This document shows, piece after piece, positions 1 to 15,479 of a stretch of 64,000 nt of DNA. The notes beneath the pieces were generated by a model, which was given only the letters and a program-made list of their open reading frames with translations, did no database searches and was not told where the DNA came from. The DNA is from Octopus sinensis. Taxonomy: Eukaryota. Position numbers and translations under genes: made by a program. Location of the stretch: assembly GCF_006345805.1 (NCBI RefSeq), contig NC_043002.1, positions 80,166,001 through 80,230,000 on the forward strand, written 5' to 3'. Position 1 is the first letter of the stretch, and the number at the start of each line of letters is the position of its first letter.

Positions 1-207
1 AGTTTAAAAGAGATTTATAATGATAATCGCTTCTCACCTTAGCGTGAATTTCGAAATTGTAAAGGATGACGAAGATAATGGCACGTTGTGATGTTTATGC
101 CTTTGTCGTGGGTATTAGTGACTTAATTTAAGAGGGCTTTAAATGTAAGAAATAGGACAACAATAAAAACAAAATTGTGACAATGATCATAATAGTAATA
201 TAAAACT

Positions 208-264
<57 letters not shown>

Positions 265-290
265 TAATAATAATAAAAAAACAACAATAA
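208..290. repeat. (AAT)n microsatellite, imperfect at the 3' end
   Basis: Direct reading of ataataata run. Confidence 0.95.
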
Positions 291-879
291 TAATAAATAC
301 AATGATAATTATATATAAAAAAAGAATGCATATTTTGCGCATTATTAGCTTCCCTTGCCGAAAGCTAATAACTTGGTGGTAATTTTAAACCAGGAGCTTC
401 GGCTATCTTAAGCTTGCTTGCGTACGAGGTATCCAATAAGAAAAGAAGAAAAAAATAATTAATATACGAAGAATTATAATAATGAAATCAAAATAAATTA
501 TAATAAAATATATTAAAATAAATATATAACTAAACGAGAAAATATTGTTAGCTAAATAAATACATAAACATGTAAAAAAATATGTAGAATGTAAAAGGAA
601 AATGAAAAAAGAAAATGTGTATAACACTAGAAAAGAAAGAAAAAAAATTAACAAGACGTATAAAACGGTGACATAGGTGGTTGGGCTGTCATGAAGAGAG
701 GGGTTATATACAGACGGGTTTGCCGGTAGGCCTCAGCCGAGTACCGTCGCATTGTCGCCCAGCCGTACATCTTTGTCGCATCCTCACATCACCGTTGTCG
801 CCTCTTCACACCATTCTTTCCTCTATGTATTGTCCTTCCTTCCTTACTTTCTTCTCCGTTTTAAGCCAACGCCCACTTA

Positions 880-1020
880 CTACCACCACCACAACCACCA
901 CCACCACCACCACCACCACCACCACGTATGAAACAACAACAACAACAGCCATCAACACCATAACCACTATCCATCACTTACCAACCACCACCACCACCAC
1001 CACCACCACCACCACTACCA
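880..1020. repeat. Compound (ACC)n/(AAC)n microsatellite
   Basis: Direct reading; produces the poly-Thr/poly-Gly ORFs in the track. Confidence 0.9.
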
Positions 1021-1845
1021 CTAACATCCACCATCGTTACTTCGCTACCAACATCGACGCCATCTTCGAAGACAAAACCATACTGACTGCTGCTCGAGGC
1101 TACGTCATAAGATATTTCTATTTCCTTGAAATTAGTAGCTTTCCCAATTTCCACCAATTTTCCTCTTCTACAACCTTGTACTGTAATAATTTCATCAATA
1201 ATTACACAGTAAGTTAACTGCACCAACCCGTTCGATGATTTACAATTTTTCTAATGCTTCACCTTCATTAGAGGAGAGCTCGTCCAAGAACGATAATATA
1301 GGGCTTCATTAATTCCATCTTTTGTGCATTCTCTTTCCAGTGGTCACAATTAGCTAGAACTGTAATCACAGTGTTATAGTGAGAATTAACGTTCTCTGCC
1401 GATCTCTTTCGAATAAGACAAGCGATTATATTTTCGCAATTGACGTATTCCAGTAGTAGCAATTCGCTATTTTAAATGGCCACTCTAGAATTAGAGTTAA
1501 ATATCTCGGTAATCATGTAGCTAGTTTATGCTATACTCATTACATTTCCACCCAGTTTGTCGGCTTTGCTCTCTCTCTATATAGTATTAATTTCTACAGA
1601 AAAAAAAAAATCATGTTCTTTATTCTTTTCCTTTTCCTTTTCTTTTCCTACCTTTTACTCCCTAAAAATTTATTTTCTTTCATACTTTTTATTAATATTC
1701 ATTCTTCACTTTCCTTTCGCTATCTTTTATTATTTTTTTTCTTTCTTCCGTCTTCTCTCACTGCTTCCCCCACTATAACACCCCCATCACTATCACCTCT
1801 ATCAGCACCACATTTCAACATCTATCGTCTCTTTCGAAACGATTA

Positions 1846-1878
1846 CAATATATACATATCATATATATATACATACAT

Positions 1879-1923
<45 letters not shown>

Positions 1924-2043
1924 CATATATATATATATATAATATATATACATGTATATATATATATATGTATATATATATGTATATGTATGTATGCATA
2001 TATATATATGTATATATATATATATGTATGTATGCATATATAT

Positions 2044-2095
<52 letters not shown>
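1846..2095. repeat. (TA)n / (TACA)n microsatellite block
   Basis: Direct reading. Confidence 0.95.
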
Positions 2096-2096
<1 letters not shown>

Positions 2097-2556
2097 GCAC
2101 ACACTTTATTCAACAAACCATCTTTATAAATTCCCCTAATTTATTCAACGTCACCACCACCAAAACCTCTATCACCATCTCTGTCGCCATCACCAGCTCA
2201 CCAATGCAACCAACAACACCGCCGCGATCACCAACACCAACACCAACACCAAAAACACAAACACCACTACTACCACCAACAACAACAACAGCACCACCAC
2301 CAGCAACACAACACAATCTTCATCATCGGCACCATCATCCGCATCACGAATATTATATTTTGTTTTGAATTCACATTTTTTTTTCCTTCTGTATCCTTGC
2401 ATGCTGAAAGTAACCAACTCTCTATACAAACCCACACTCTAATATTCGTGTCCAAACATCCTTTTAAGCTTACGCTATTTTCTAGTATTCGCTGCTGTTC
2501 ATCTTTCTTTCATTCTTCCTTCCTTCCTTCCTTTCTTTCATTCAGTCTTTCTGTCG

Positions 2557-3085
<529 letters not shown>

Positions 3086-3925
3086 ATTAAAATACAACAA
3101 AATATTCTCACTTTAATTTCCACCCCACACCAGATCCTAGGCACTTCTTCCATTTTCTATGAATATTTTCTTTATTTCAATATGGTTAGCTTTCTATTTC
3201 TGCTTCTTTCCTCTTCTTTTATTTATTTTAACATATTTTTCTGTTTTTCTACTATTTATTTTTACTATATCTCATTTTCTGAAACAGCTTTCTTTCACAC
3301 CTTAATATACATACATACATACATACATACATACATACATACATACATACATGCATACATACATACATATAAACATACGCAAGCGCACACACACACAGAC
3401 AAACGCATACCCACACATATACACGCACTCACACATATACGTACATCATCTACATATATATATAATTCAAATGCATACATTCATATACACTCAAACGCCC
3501 AAATGAATGTATATATATATATAAATGCATGTATACTTGCGTCCATATAGTATATATACACAAGGGCACAAGCAAATGTTTATATATATATATATATATA
3601 CATATATAAATATATATTGATATTTGTTTATGTATGTATGTACATTTATAAATGTGTGTATATATGCATTTATGTATATATATATATATATACATACATG
3701 TACACACCACACACACATATATATATATATGAATATATGTAAGTATATTTGTATGACTGATACATGAATCAATAAAATTAAACAACAAAGAAACATGATA
3801 TATAAATGGCAACTCAAATAGATGTTGATTTTTTGCCGATGTTGTTGTTGTTATTATTCATATTCTTTTTGTCTTGTCTTTAAACACCAAATTTATCGAA
3901 ACAAAATAGACAAAATAAAACTAAG

Positions 3926-3969
3926 ATGGCGATCGTCAATGGCGAGAATAGCCTTCTAACTGAAGTTGA
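3926..3969 (+). CDS. Candidate first coding exon MAIVNGENSLLTEV(E/D), unverified
   Basis: CTAAGATGGCG start context (YY1-like motif), open frame, GTACGT donor at 3970, CpG-containing non-repetitive island. No homology recognised. Confidence 0.15.
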
Positions 3970-4489
3970 GTACGTGCGAATTTTTATATCATTTATTTCA
4001 CGCTCGGAAGCAAGTCGCCAGGAATGACGTGTCTCGCTGATTGCTAACCAGATGTGTTAAAAAAAGAGACTGGCTTACGCAGTCGCTTCTGTCGATAGAC
4101 AGACACGAGGCATAAGCATGCTATCGAAATTAAATGTTGCCTTCTATTCTATCTTTGGTTATCTCAATAGACGAAAGTTAAAAAGAATTCGTGAAAAAAT
4201 AGAAAAACAGATGAAAGAAAAAGAAAAAGGTGAGGGTAATATTTGGAAAGCAACATCAGTGATAGCAACAATAACAAGCATGAAATCAGAAAAAAAAGGA
4301 GAGAGGAAACACGTTAAAAAAATTGCAACAGGAATACGAACCTAAACGACATGAAAATTAACAAGTGTAGATAGCAAATGAGAAAATAAATATATAGGAA
4401 AAAATAATACGTTAATAATCGCAACAATACAGATGAGGAGGGGTTGCAACAAACAGTAAAAATAACTATAATAACAGAAGCGATTGCAA

Positions 4490-4662
4490 CACATCGTCAT
4501 CATCATTATTATCCTCATCATCATCATTATCATCATCGTCATCAACATCATCATCATCATCAACAAAATCTTTTGTTGTCGAAGTTATCATCTTCGTCAT
4601 TGTCATCGTTCTCATCATCGTCATTGTCATCATCATCATCATTCTCATCCTCCTCCTCCTCC

Positions 4663-4693
<31 letters not shown>

Positions 4694-4810
4694 CATCATC
4701 ATCATCATCAACAAAATCTTTTGTTGTCGAAGTTATCCTCTTCGTCATTGTCATCGTTCTCATCATCGTCATTGTCATCATCATCATCATTCTCATCATC
4801 ATCATCAGCC
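4490..4810. repeat. (ATC)n-rich tract containing a ~148-bp-period tandem duplication
   Basis: caacaaaatcttttgttgtcgaagttatc...attctcatc occurs at about 4561 and 4709. Confidence 0.9.
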
Positions 4811-5229
4811 GGATTTTGCAGTAGCAGCAGTGTGAATAACAGTACCAGTAAAAGCAAACGTCAAAAAAAAAAAAAAATTCCCAAAAAAAAAACTACTACT
4901 TCGACAGGGAGGAGAAGGCGAATTAAATGAAAAACAGGGCATAATCATTGAAATGTTTTCAATGAGAGGAATTCCTACCAAAAGGAGTCTGAAGACACTC
5001 ATCTAAATTTTTCACAATTTTCTCTGCGCTTTATACTTGTTAATAATAGCGAATTGCATTTTGCTCAGAATCATTATGCGACACACATACGAATATACGA
5101 ACGTGCACGTGCGTGTGCTCACAAGTGCAAACACGCATACACATACGCAGACGTAATAACAGAAGCACGGGCATTCACAACTCATCCACAAGCAGTCAAT
5201 CACCACATCTTCACATCGTTAGATACATC

Positions 5230-5235
5230 TATGTA

Positions 5236-5281
<46 letters not shown>

Positions 5282-5308
5282 GTCTGTCTGTGTGTGTATG
5301 CATATATG

Positions 5309-5339
<31 letters not shown>

Positions 5340-5548
5340 ATACATGTACATATATGGTATTATATATATGTATATATGTACATGTATATATATATTATAT
5401 TATATATATATATATACATATTATATATATATATAATGTATTTTTATACATATATATATAGTATATTTATACTAATATGTAATATACATATATATATATA
5501 TATATTTATATAATAATATATGCATACACATGTGTATGTGAGTGTTAA

Positions 5549-5584
<36 letters not shown>

Positions 5585-5864
5585 GATACACACACACACA
5601 CACAATCACACAAAACACACATATATATATATATATATGCGTGTGTGTGTGTGTGTGTGTGTTTTGTATACATTACTCCATATATATGTATAGGTATATG
5701 TATATTTTCATCTCATCCAGATACTTTGATATATAGAGTTTCGGATATTTCCTCGTATTATTCTGTGTTTATGTTCGTGTGTGGGTTTGTGTGTGTGTGA
5801 GTGTATGTATGTGTATGCGCAAGCGCGCGCGCGTGTGTGTTTGTGACGTTTTCTTCGTATGTGC

Positions 5865-5916
<52 letters not shown>

Positions 5917-6701
5917 ACATAGTGTAAATTAATTCCAATTCTTTCTTCCACACGTCTATTTCTTTTTTTATTTGCCCCACTGGTTTTTTTCGTCTTCACA
6001 TGCATTCTCTCCTCACTCCTCACTCTCCCTCTCTTCCAACTCTCTCACTCTCCTTCTTTTCCTCTTCTCTCTCACTTTCTTCCCCATCCCTTCCTTCCTC
6101 CTCTTCCTCCTCCTCTCTCTGTCTCTTTCGCTCTCTGTTTTATTAATTGTCTGACATTTCCTCTTCCCCATTCACTCTCTCTTCCACTAACCTACATCTT
6201 TAAAAACTCGCTATATACATCTACAACACCGCATTCTGCACTGTCACAATTCTCTCTTCACCTCTCCCTCTTATCAGTCTATATTTCCTAGCAATTTCTC
6301 ATAATATCCTTCATTATAACTTCTTAATATATGTGTGTATGTGAGTGTGCTTATGTATTGTGTGTATATGTATGTACACACACACACATATATATATATA
6401 TACATATATCATTCATGTATTCATACATAGATACATATATATATACATACTTATATATGTATATATATGTATATATATATACATATATATACACACATAT
6501 ATATATACACATATATATACACATATATATATACACATACACACACATACATATATGCATATATATACAATATATACATATATGCACACACATACACACA
6601 CCTATGTATACTGATATATATTCATATAGATATATATAATATGTATGTATGTATATATATATATATATATATTATATATAAATGCACAGATGTGCACGCA
6701 C

Positions 6702-6740
<39 letters not shown>

Positions 6741-7240
6741 TATATACATACACTCATATATATACACACACACATATATATGTATATGCGTATATTTACA
6801 TGCATTCTTATCTTCGTACATAAGTACATACCTACCTACCTACATCCGTCCATCCAGCCATACATACATACACATTTCAACATATTGTCATTAAGTCCTT
6901 CCCTCACCTCGCACCTCATGCGGTAATTTCAGATCGCTTCATTTCAAAGGCTGACGACCCTGCATTACTGTGTTATTATAGACATTTAGCTTTATGACAA
7001 ATTAATGACAATGAAATAAAGAAAATAACTGTTCTTCACGACGCAGCTCTTCAGCAAACCGTATTACCTTTATTGTCAAATTTGTGATTAAATTTCATTA
7101 GAGAGTTTCTGTATTTTTTTTTTTCCCTTTACTGAATATAGATATACGAATTCATACATACGCATGTGCATGTCGGCAAAATATATACATAATTTTTATG
7201 CACGCATGTATATAGAGCTCACTATCTTGTGAGCTATATA

Positions 7241-7274
<34 letters not shown>

Positions 7275-7310
7275 TATAGACATACATATAAATATGTAAT
7301 ATATATATAA

Positions 7311-7378
<68 letters not shown>

Positions 7379-7473
7379 GAGATATATATATACATACAAA
7401 TATTATATATATATATATATATAATATATATATATATATTATAAATATATATATATATATATGTATATATATG

Positions 7474-7524
<51 letters not shown>

Positions 7525-7575
7525 TCTATCTATCTTTATATGCATTCATGTATATATGTTTGTTTACGTGTGTGC

Positions 7576-7615
<40 letters not shown>
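5230..7615. repeat. Cluster of (TA)n, (CA)n, (TG)n and (TACA)n microsatellites with short unique spacers
   Basis: Direct reading; main blocks 5230-5910, 6330-6830, 7230-7615. Confidence 0.9.
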
Positions 7616-7618
<3 letters not shown>

Positions 7619-7789
7619 ATAGATTCTAAAAGAGGTAGATCGATAGACACACTGACAGATAAATCAATAAAATGTTATACCGATAGTTCGATGTATCATA
7701 TTAGTTAGACATATGATATCATCGAAAGTTAGGTCCACAATTCTTACGGACGTATCTAAAGTCGCAAACATAGAATATTTTGTTATAAT

Positions 7790-7823
<34 letters not shown>

Positions 7824-7829
7824 AATAAT

Positions 7830-7884
<55 letters not shown>

Positions 7885-8082
7885 TTGAGAAGAGCATTGT
7901 CGATGTGAGAACTATTGCTACCCATTTTTTTTTAAACTTTATTTCTATCAAAACAAAATTGAACGAACTAGTGAGTTTAGTTTAATGGCCTACCAATGTA
8001 TACTATTTGTTTCTTTACCCTAGGAGTCGGGAAGACACTCGGCAAGAAATGGAAGCAAATTTGAAAGAAGAAAAAACCCATA

Positions 8083-8117
<35 letters not shown>

Positions 8118-8679
8118 TAATAATAATAATAATAATAATAAAGAAGGAGAAGAAGAAGAAGAAGAAGAAGAGAACAATAACAACCACAACAACAACAACA
8201 ACAATAACAACAATCACAAGAACAACAACGACGATGATGACAACAACAGCAAAATACAATAATTACCTGCTAGAGGAAATATTTAATATCGGTAAATCAA
8301 GTGTGAAGTTATGTTGTACGGAGTAACTTTAGCAAAAAGCTTCTCGATAAATTAACTTTCTCGTCTAAATTGTAGAAGCAAAATAGAAACATTGTTGTAA
8401 TTGGTAATGTTTTTTTTTAAAGAATAAATGGATATAATGTTCAGAATGAAAAAGATTTATGAAGCAAAATTTAAATTAGAGGAAATTCGTAATTTTGTCC
8501 CCCCCCCCCAAAAAAAAGAAACAAGAAAAAACTTGCAGCTAAGTAAATGTTTCTATGTTATTGGATCTTTTTAGCGAATTTTAATCAAAACAATATCTCC
8601 GTAACCAGTTCCTAAACATTTTGCATACAGAAAATGAATTACGAATAATGCTTGCTTATATCTGAAGAAAATAACACAT

Positions 8680-9071
8680 TCTTTTACTTGTTTCAGTCAT
8701 TTTCACTGCGGCCATGTCAGAGGACAGACTTTAGCTGAACAAATCGACCCCAGGTCTTACTCTTTGTAAATCTAATACATATTCTATCGGTTTCTTTTGC
8801 TGAACTGCTAGATTATGGAGACGTAAATATACCAGCCTCTGTTGCCAAGCGATGGTGGTGGGGGGACAAACACAGACACACAATATATATATATATATAC
8901 ATATACACGACGGGATTCGTTCAGTTTCTGTCTACCAAATCCACTCATAAGGCTTTAGTCGATCCGAGGCCATAGTAGAAGACATCTACCTTAGGTGCCA
9001 CTCAGTAGGACTGAACCCAGAACCATGTGGTTGGGAAGCAAGCTTCATACCACACAGCCGCGCCAGCGCCT
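8680..9071 (-). mobile_element. tRNA-derived SINE, family A (octopus-type), full length, diverged
   Basis: Reverse complement aligns by eye to copies at 22077, 45743, 49872 and 61868: head ggcgc-ggagtggctgtgtggt, core ccttgggcaagtgtcttctactat, central microsatellite, tail gactgaaacaagtaaaaga. Confidence 0.9.
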
Positions 9072-9162
9072 ATATATAGAATTTAGGAAAGAATATTAAG
9101 GAGGGGTGTATATATTGATGTATGCACCATACCACTTGACTGTAATTCCTTTTATAAACGCA

Positions 9163-9258
9163 AGCAGGCTGTGTGATTAAGAAGCTTGATTAGTAAGCAC
9201 GTGACTTCGGTTTCCGTCCCCTGCGTAACACTTTTGGCAAGTATCTTCTACTATATCT
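9163..9258 (+). mobile_element. SINE family A 5' fragment
   Basis: gcaggctgtgtg...ggcaagtatcttctactata matches the family A head and core. Confidence 0.7.
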
Positions 9259-9264
9259 CCGTAT

Positions 9265-9600
9265 GAAGGCGCATGGCTCAGTGGTTAGAGCGTCGGGCAC
9301 ACAATCATGAGGTAGCAAGTTCGTTTCTTGGACCGGGCTATGAGCTGTGTTCTCGAGCAAGACACTGTATTTCACGTTGGTCTAGTTCTCTCAGCTGTAG
9401 AAATGAGTTGCGATGTTACTGGTGCCAAACTATGACGGATTTTGCCTTTCCCTTGGATAACTCTTGTGCCCTGGAGAGGGGATGCTGGCATGCATGGAAG
9501 ACTGCTGGTCTCCCATAAACAATCTTACCTGAACTTGTGCCTCGGAGGATAACATTCAAGATGCAATCTCATGGTTATTCATGACCTAAGGGGGCGTTTT
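9265..9600 (+). mobile_element. tRNA-derived SINE, family F head (GAAGGCGCATGGCTCAGTGGTTAG) with central gtgttctcgagcaagacact...cagctgtagaaatgagt domain
   Basis: A-box TGGCTCAGTGG and degenerate B-box; the same head and core recur at 37576, 46960 and 63215-63320. Confidence 0.8.
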
Positions 9601-9854
9601 CCCAGAAAAAAAATATCTACATCTGATAACATTACAACTACCCGTATCTTAACGACTCTCAGGCCGAAATAAAATATGCTAGAATAAGGAGCGTCTTATC
9701 GTTCCTTGCTTCAATTCTTCCTCTATACAAAACCTTAAATCTTCAGTGCCAAAACATGTTGCTCAAATGACGAACTTATTAATGCTCTTGTTTATTTTAA
9801 TGTGCATTTAGATCTGGCCGTAATCACTCATCTATAAACACAAGGACAATAATA

Positions 9855-10085
9855 ATCCCTTCCACTATGAGTATAAAACCTGAATTGTTTTGTGAGGGTG
9901 GGGTTAGTTGATTACATTCAACCATCATCAGCAGAATGAAAGACAAAGTTGACCTTGGCGGAATTTGAACACAACAAAAACATAGTAGCTCTTTCTACCA
10001 CGGACACAAGGCCTGGAATTTTAGAGGAAGGGGTGATCGATTATCTCCTTTGAAAGTTGACCCCGATTCTGCCAGCTCTCCATCT
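9855..10085 (-). mobile_element. Two decayed SINE family B fragments
   Basis: atgaaagacaaagttgaccttggcggaatttgaac and cacaaggcctggaatttt match family B body and tail. Confidence 0.65.
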
Positions 10086-10149
10086 TAATGATGATGATGA
10101 TGATGATGATGATCACTTTTAGTCATTCATAGCCATCTTGTTTATGGCT

Positions 10150-10900
10150 ATTGATGACTAAATGTGATTTAAAACCGGAAAAGGAGGCTCTAAACTTTGC
10201 CGCCCAAGTGCAAACTCTAAAAACATCAAATACAGAATAGACAACACATCAGAAAGTGATAAGTGCAGAATTTGTGAACAAAATTGTGAAACCGTATGGC
10301 ATATTACCAGTCAATGTAGGCCACTAGCCCAGAAAGAATATAAGAGACGTCATGACAATATAGCAAGGTTTGTGCATTGGACACTTTGCAACAAGTAGGT
10401 ACTTCACAGGGCAATAAATTGGTACGATCATAAACCCGAAGGCATCATCATAAATGATAATGCAAAAAGTTCCTATGAGATTTTATGATTTAATGCGACC
10501 ATGTAATAGAAAATAGGAAGCCATACATAGTCTTAATTGAGAAAGAAAACAACTATGCTGGATCATAGATAAAGCGTTCCCAGCTGACAACAAAGTATGA
10601 GATAAGGAAGAAAGAAAAATCGATAGATATGACAGGTTAGCTTGGGAGGTTAAGCAGTTGTGGTCGCTGAAAAAGGTGGTAGTAGTACCAATAATTGTCG
10701 GAGCCCTGGGAACAGTGACTAAAAATCTTGAGAAGTACATGGAACATATAGGGATACAATAAGGGTGGATCACTAGCAGAAAACAGTACTGCTTGGAACC
10801 GCTCGAATACTCTGGATGGTGCACGAAAGGGGTGTTACCTTAGCTCACTGGTAGTGAACAGCTGGCACCGTAGTACATCACCAGCGTTAAAAGCTGTGCA
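10150..10900 (+). mobile_element. R4/Dong-type (restriction-like endonuclease) non-LTR retrotransposon, 3' fragment with stops and frameshifts
   Basis: Manual translation: CRICEQNCETVWHITSQC (CCHC knuckle), EYKRRHDNIARFVHW (RHD motif), VVPIIVGALGTV, QKTVLLGTARIL; runs into the gap. Confidence 0.85.
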
Positions 10901-11000
10901 NNNNNNNNNNNNNNNNNNNNNNNNNNNNNNNNNNNNNNNNNNNNNNNNNNNNNNNNNNNNNNNNNNNNNNNNNNNNNNNNNNNNNNNNNNNNNNNNNNNN
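10901..11000. other. Assembly gap (100 N, probably a placeholder length), flanked by (GT)n on the right
   Basis: Direct reading. Confidence 0.99.
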
Positions 11001-11055
<55 letters not shown>

Positions 11056-11449
11056 GTGTGTGGTGTGGGTGTGTGTGTGTGTGTGTGTGTGTGTTGTGTG
11101 TGGGAATATTGAGAGCTGAAAAGTTTGAAAAGACAGACGACTAAAAAAGTAAACGGCGATACGTATATTAAATTGAAGAGGACGGTAGAGTGAGATACAA
11201 ATCGATTGATAGACAGATAGAAAGAGAGGGAGGAAGAGAGACAGATAGAAACAGAGAGAGAGACGGAGGGAGGGAGAGATTGAAAGAGAAAGGCAGACCG
11301 ACAGAGGCTGCTATGGTAGTACAAGTGTAAGAGATAAGTGCTTGAAAGATATGATGTGAAAGAACATAAGAGTGTCAAGGTGAAAGGCATTTAGAAAAAG
11401 GAGGCGGGAATAAATATGCGCGAGGCAAATGAACAAACAGCATAAAAAT

Positions 11450-11454
<5 letters not shown>

Positions 11455-11499
<45 letters not shown>

Positions 11500-11521
11500 G
11501 TATGTACATACGCAGACAGAC

Positions 11522-11596
<75 letters not shown>

Positions 11597-11638
11597 TTAG
11601 ATAAATGGATGGATGGATAGATAGATGGATAGACAGAC

Positions 11639-11721
<83 letters not shown>

Positions 11722-11722
11722 C
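11455..11722. repeat. (TA)n-(TATG)n-(TAGA)n microsatellite
   Basis: Direct reading. Confidence 0.95.
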
Positions 11723-11924
11723 AGACATACAGATACAGTGAGAACAGAGAATGGTAGAGGGAGACAAATGGAAGATGGCTGATGACGGAAGAATTGTGTG
11801 AATAGGTTGGATGATGTGACATTGAAATGTCAAATGTTATTTGTACTAAGCAGATGCTTATGTGTATAATTCTGGGGCAATCTCTGCTGTGTTAATCTAA
11901 TAATCAGCTGTTGTTGTTGTTGTT

Positions 11925-12005
11925 TAAACCCTAAGGCAGTCCTGATCAAGCAGACGCATGATCAAAGTTATCAAAGGCATTCCAACCGTGACTATCTCCT
12001 ATTTT
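11925..12005 (-). mobile_element. Fragment of dispersed repeat family E (tagaaatagcagccaaa... family)
   Basis: ctgatcaagcagac-atgatcaaaggcattcca is the reverse complement of sequence near 38560-38590 and resembles 55420-55460. Confidence 0.55.
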
Positions 12006-12226
12006 GTTTAACATTTTCGAACTACCTTGTCCAACTTAGACTACGTTTTAGATAGACAGGTAGCGCAGAGTTATACGTATCTTTTAATGTTTAATGTAGG
12101 AGACATATGATGTATGTATATATGTATATATATAGTTGTGTGAATGTGCGTACAGCTGTCTGTGTACGCTGTATGTGTGCGTGTGTATGTGTACGTGCGT
12201 ATACGTGTGTTTGTGTGCGTGCATGC

Positions 12227-12270
<44 letters not shown>

Positions 12271-12359
12271 TTGTATGATATGTGTGTGTATGTATGTGTG
12301 GTAATTTTTTGAGATTGTTACCTTTCTGTGAAACCAAGGAAGCGACGTACTGAAATGTG

Positions 12360-12975
12360 GAGAGAAGGGGAGAGACAGTGAGGAAGAAAGAGAGACAGAG
12401 AGAGTGCGAGAGCAGAGTAGAGGAGAGAACGAGAGAGACTAAGGTAGAGAAAGAAAGAAAGAGAACAGGGGGTGAAAGATAGAGCGAGACAAAGAGAAAG
12501 TGGAGAAAAAAGAGAAAGTGAGAAAGAGAGAAAAAAGAGATGACAGGGGAGAGAAAGAAGGAAAGAAAGTGAGAGCAGGAGAGAGAAAGAAAAGTAGCAG
12601 GGAGAGCAGAGGAGAATGAGAGAGAGAGAGAGAAGGTGGAGAGAAACAGAGAGAGTGAGAAGAGTAGAACGAGAGAAAAAGGAAGGGCAGAGAAACATAG
12701 ATAGATAGAGAGAGTATAGAAAGAGAAAGAAAGAGAGAGATAGAGAGGCAGAGAGGATACATTAAAAGAAAACGAAAACATAGGAGAACGAGAGAGAAAG
12801 AGAAAGAGGAGAGAAACAGAGTGAGAGAGCAGGGTAGAACGAGAGAGAAAGGGGGTGGCAGAGAAAGAGAGAGAGTATAAGAAGATTAAAGGGAGAGAGA
12901 GGAGAGAGAGAGAGAGAGAGAGAGGGAGGATAAAGTGAAAAGAAAACGAAAGCAGGGAAACTGAGAAAGAAGAGG
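12360..12975 (+). repeat. Degenerate (GA)n polypurine tract
   Basis: About 600 bp that are overwhelmingly A/G on the + strand. Confidence 0.9.
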
Positions 12976-13787
12976 AAGAGTCAATGGTGAATAAAGAAAG
13001 ATGAGGACCACGTCTGGTTGTGGATCTGGTTGTGATGGCGACGGTGCTTCTGGCGATGGACGTAATGAGAAAAGTTGGGTTAGTGGGGTTATTAGTAGCA
13101 TTGAGGGTGTATTTAATGGTGGATATAGTAAACTAGATGGTGGTTGTGATTGAGATGGTGGTAGTGGTTGTGGTGATGTTAATGATAGTGATGCTGTTAG
13201 TGGTTGTGTCGGCGGTGCGTACATGTGTATGTATGTGTATGTGAGTGTATATGCGTGTGCGTTTGCGTGTGCGTGTGTGTGTGTGTATGTGTGTGTGTGT
13301 GTGTGTGTGGGCGTGTGTATGTTTGTGTGTGTGTGTGTCTGTGTAAAGTTTAGTGATCGTAGTGGTGGTAGTAGTATTGCCGGTAGAGACTATCGTGTTG
13401 TTGTTCTTGGTGGTGGTGGTGGTGGTGGTGGTGGTGGTGGTGGTAGTGATGGTGATGTGGTGGTGGTGGTGGCGCTGGTTGTGGCGGAGGTGGCGATGGC
13501 AGTGGTGGTGGTCGTTGCGATTGGTTATAGCTGTGGTGTTGGAGGCATTGCCGAGATGTTAGTGACGGGGTGGTGGTGGTGGTGGTGGTTGTGATGGTGA
13601 AAGGGGTATGTAATTGGTCAAGTGAAGTAGTGAGTTGAGGTGCAATAGGGGTGTCCTCAAGTAGGGTTCTAGAGTAGGGAATTTATAGTGTCTTTTGAAA
13701 AGTCTGTAATTCAATATCGCAGAAACAAGCATAAGAGATCGGCAGCTGATAGCTGATAGATAGATAGATAGATAGATATAGAGAGGC

Positions 13788-13872
<85 letters not shown>

Positions 13873-13980
13873 TAGAGAGGCAGATAGATAAACAGAAGGA
13901 CACAATTAGAAAGAAAGACACATACAGAGATATGAAATTAAAGTCAGAAACAGAACATTGGAACAAGGGGAAACGTGAAT

Positions 13981-14116
13981 GATAGAATTAAGTACTAGGC
14001 TTACAAAGAATAAGTCCTGGGGTCGATATCTTCGACTAAAGGCGGTGCTCCAGCATGGTCACAGCCAAATGTGCTCTGACATGGTCACAGTTAAAACGTG
14101 TAAAAGAGTAAAAGAG
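13981..14116 (+). mobile_element. SINE family A 3' fragment
   Basis: agtactaggcttacaaagaataagtcctggggtcgat...ggcggtgctccagcatgg...gtaaaagag. Confidence 0.85.
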
Positions 14117-14139
14117 AAAAAACATATATATATGTATAT

Positions 14140-15260
<1,121 letters not shown>

Positions 15261-15479
15261 GTGGCGTTGGACAGTTATTGATACAGAACAGCACATAATC
15301 TATGACAAAGTAGAGAAAGAGGCGGGTGGCACAGTTCCATTGTTGTTGAAGGTGGGTGAGGTTGTTTATAGCATATGTGAGTATGTGTGAGTATGTGCAA
15401 AACTGTGCCAGTGCGGGTGCGTGTATGAATGCGCTACCTGGCGAAACACAGTGCCCTGGTGTGTTCGTGTGACTCGGTG

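Noticed and set aside
341-371. 9-bp stem hairpin TATTAGCTT/AAGCTAATA
   Set aside because: Isolated short inverted repeat, expected by chance in AT-rich DNA; no terminator or Helitron context.
681-1462. Non-repetitive ORF segments near the window start (681+, 978-, 1268-)
   Set aside because: No recognisable domain, no consistent splice sites, and frames are kept open by ACC repeats.
8024-8063. Frame VGKTLGKKWKQI resembling HMG-box helix 2
   Set aside because: In-frame TGA directly follows and no other HMG helices are nearby.
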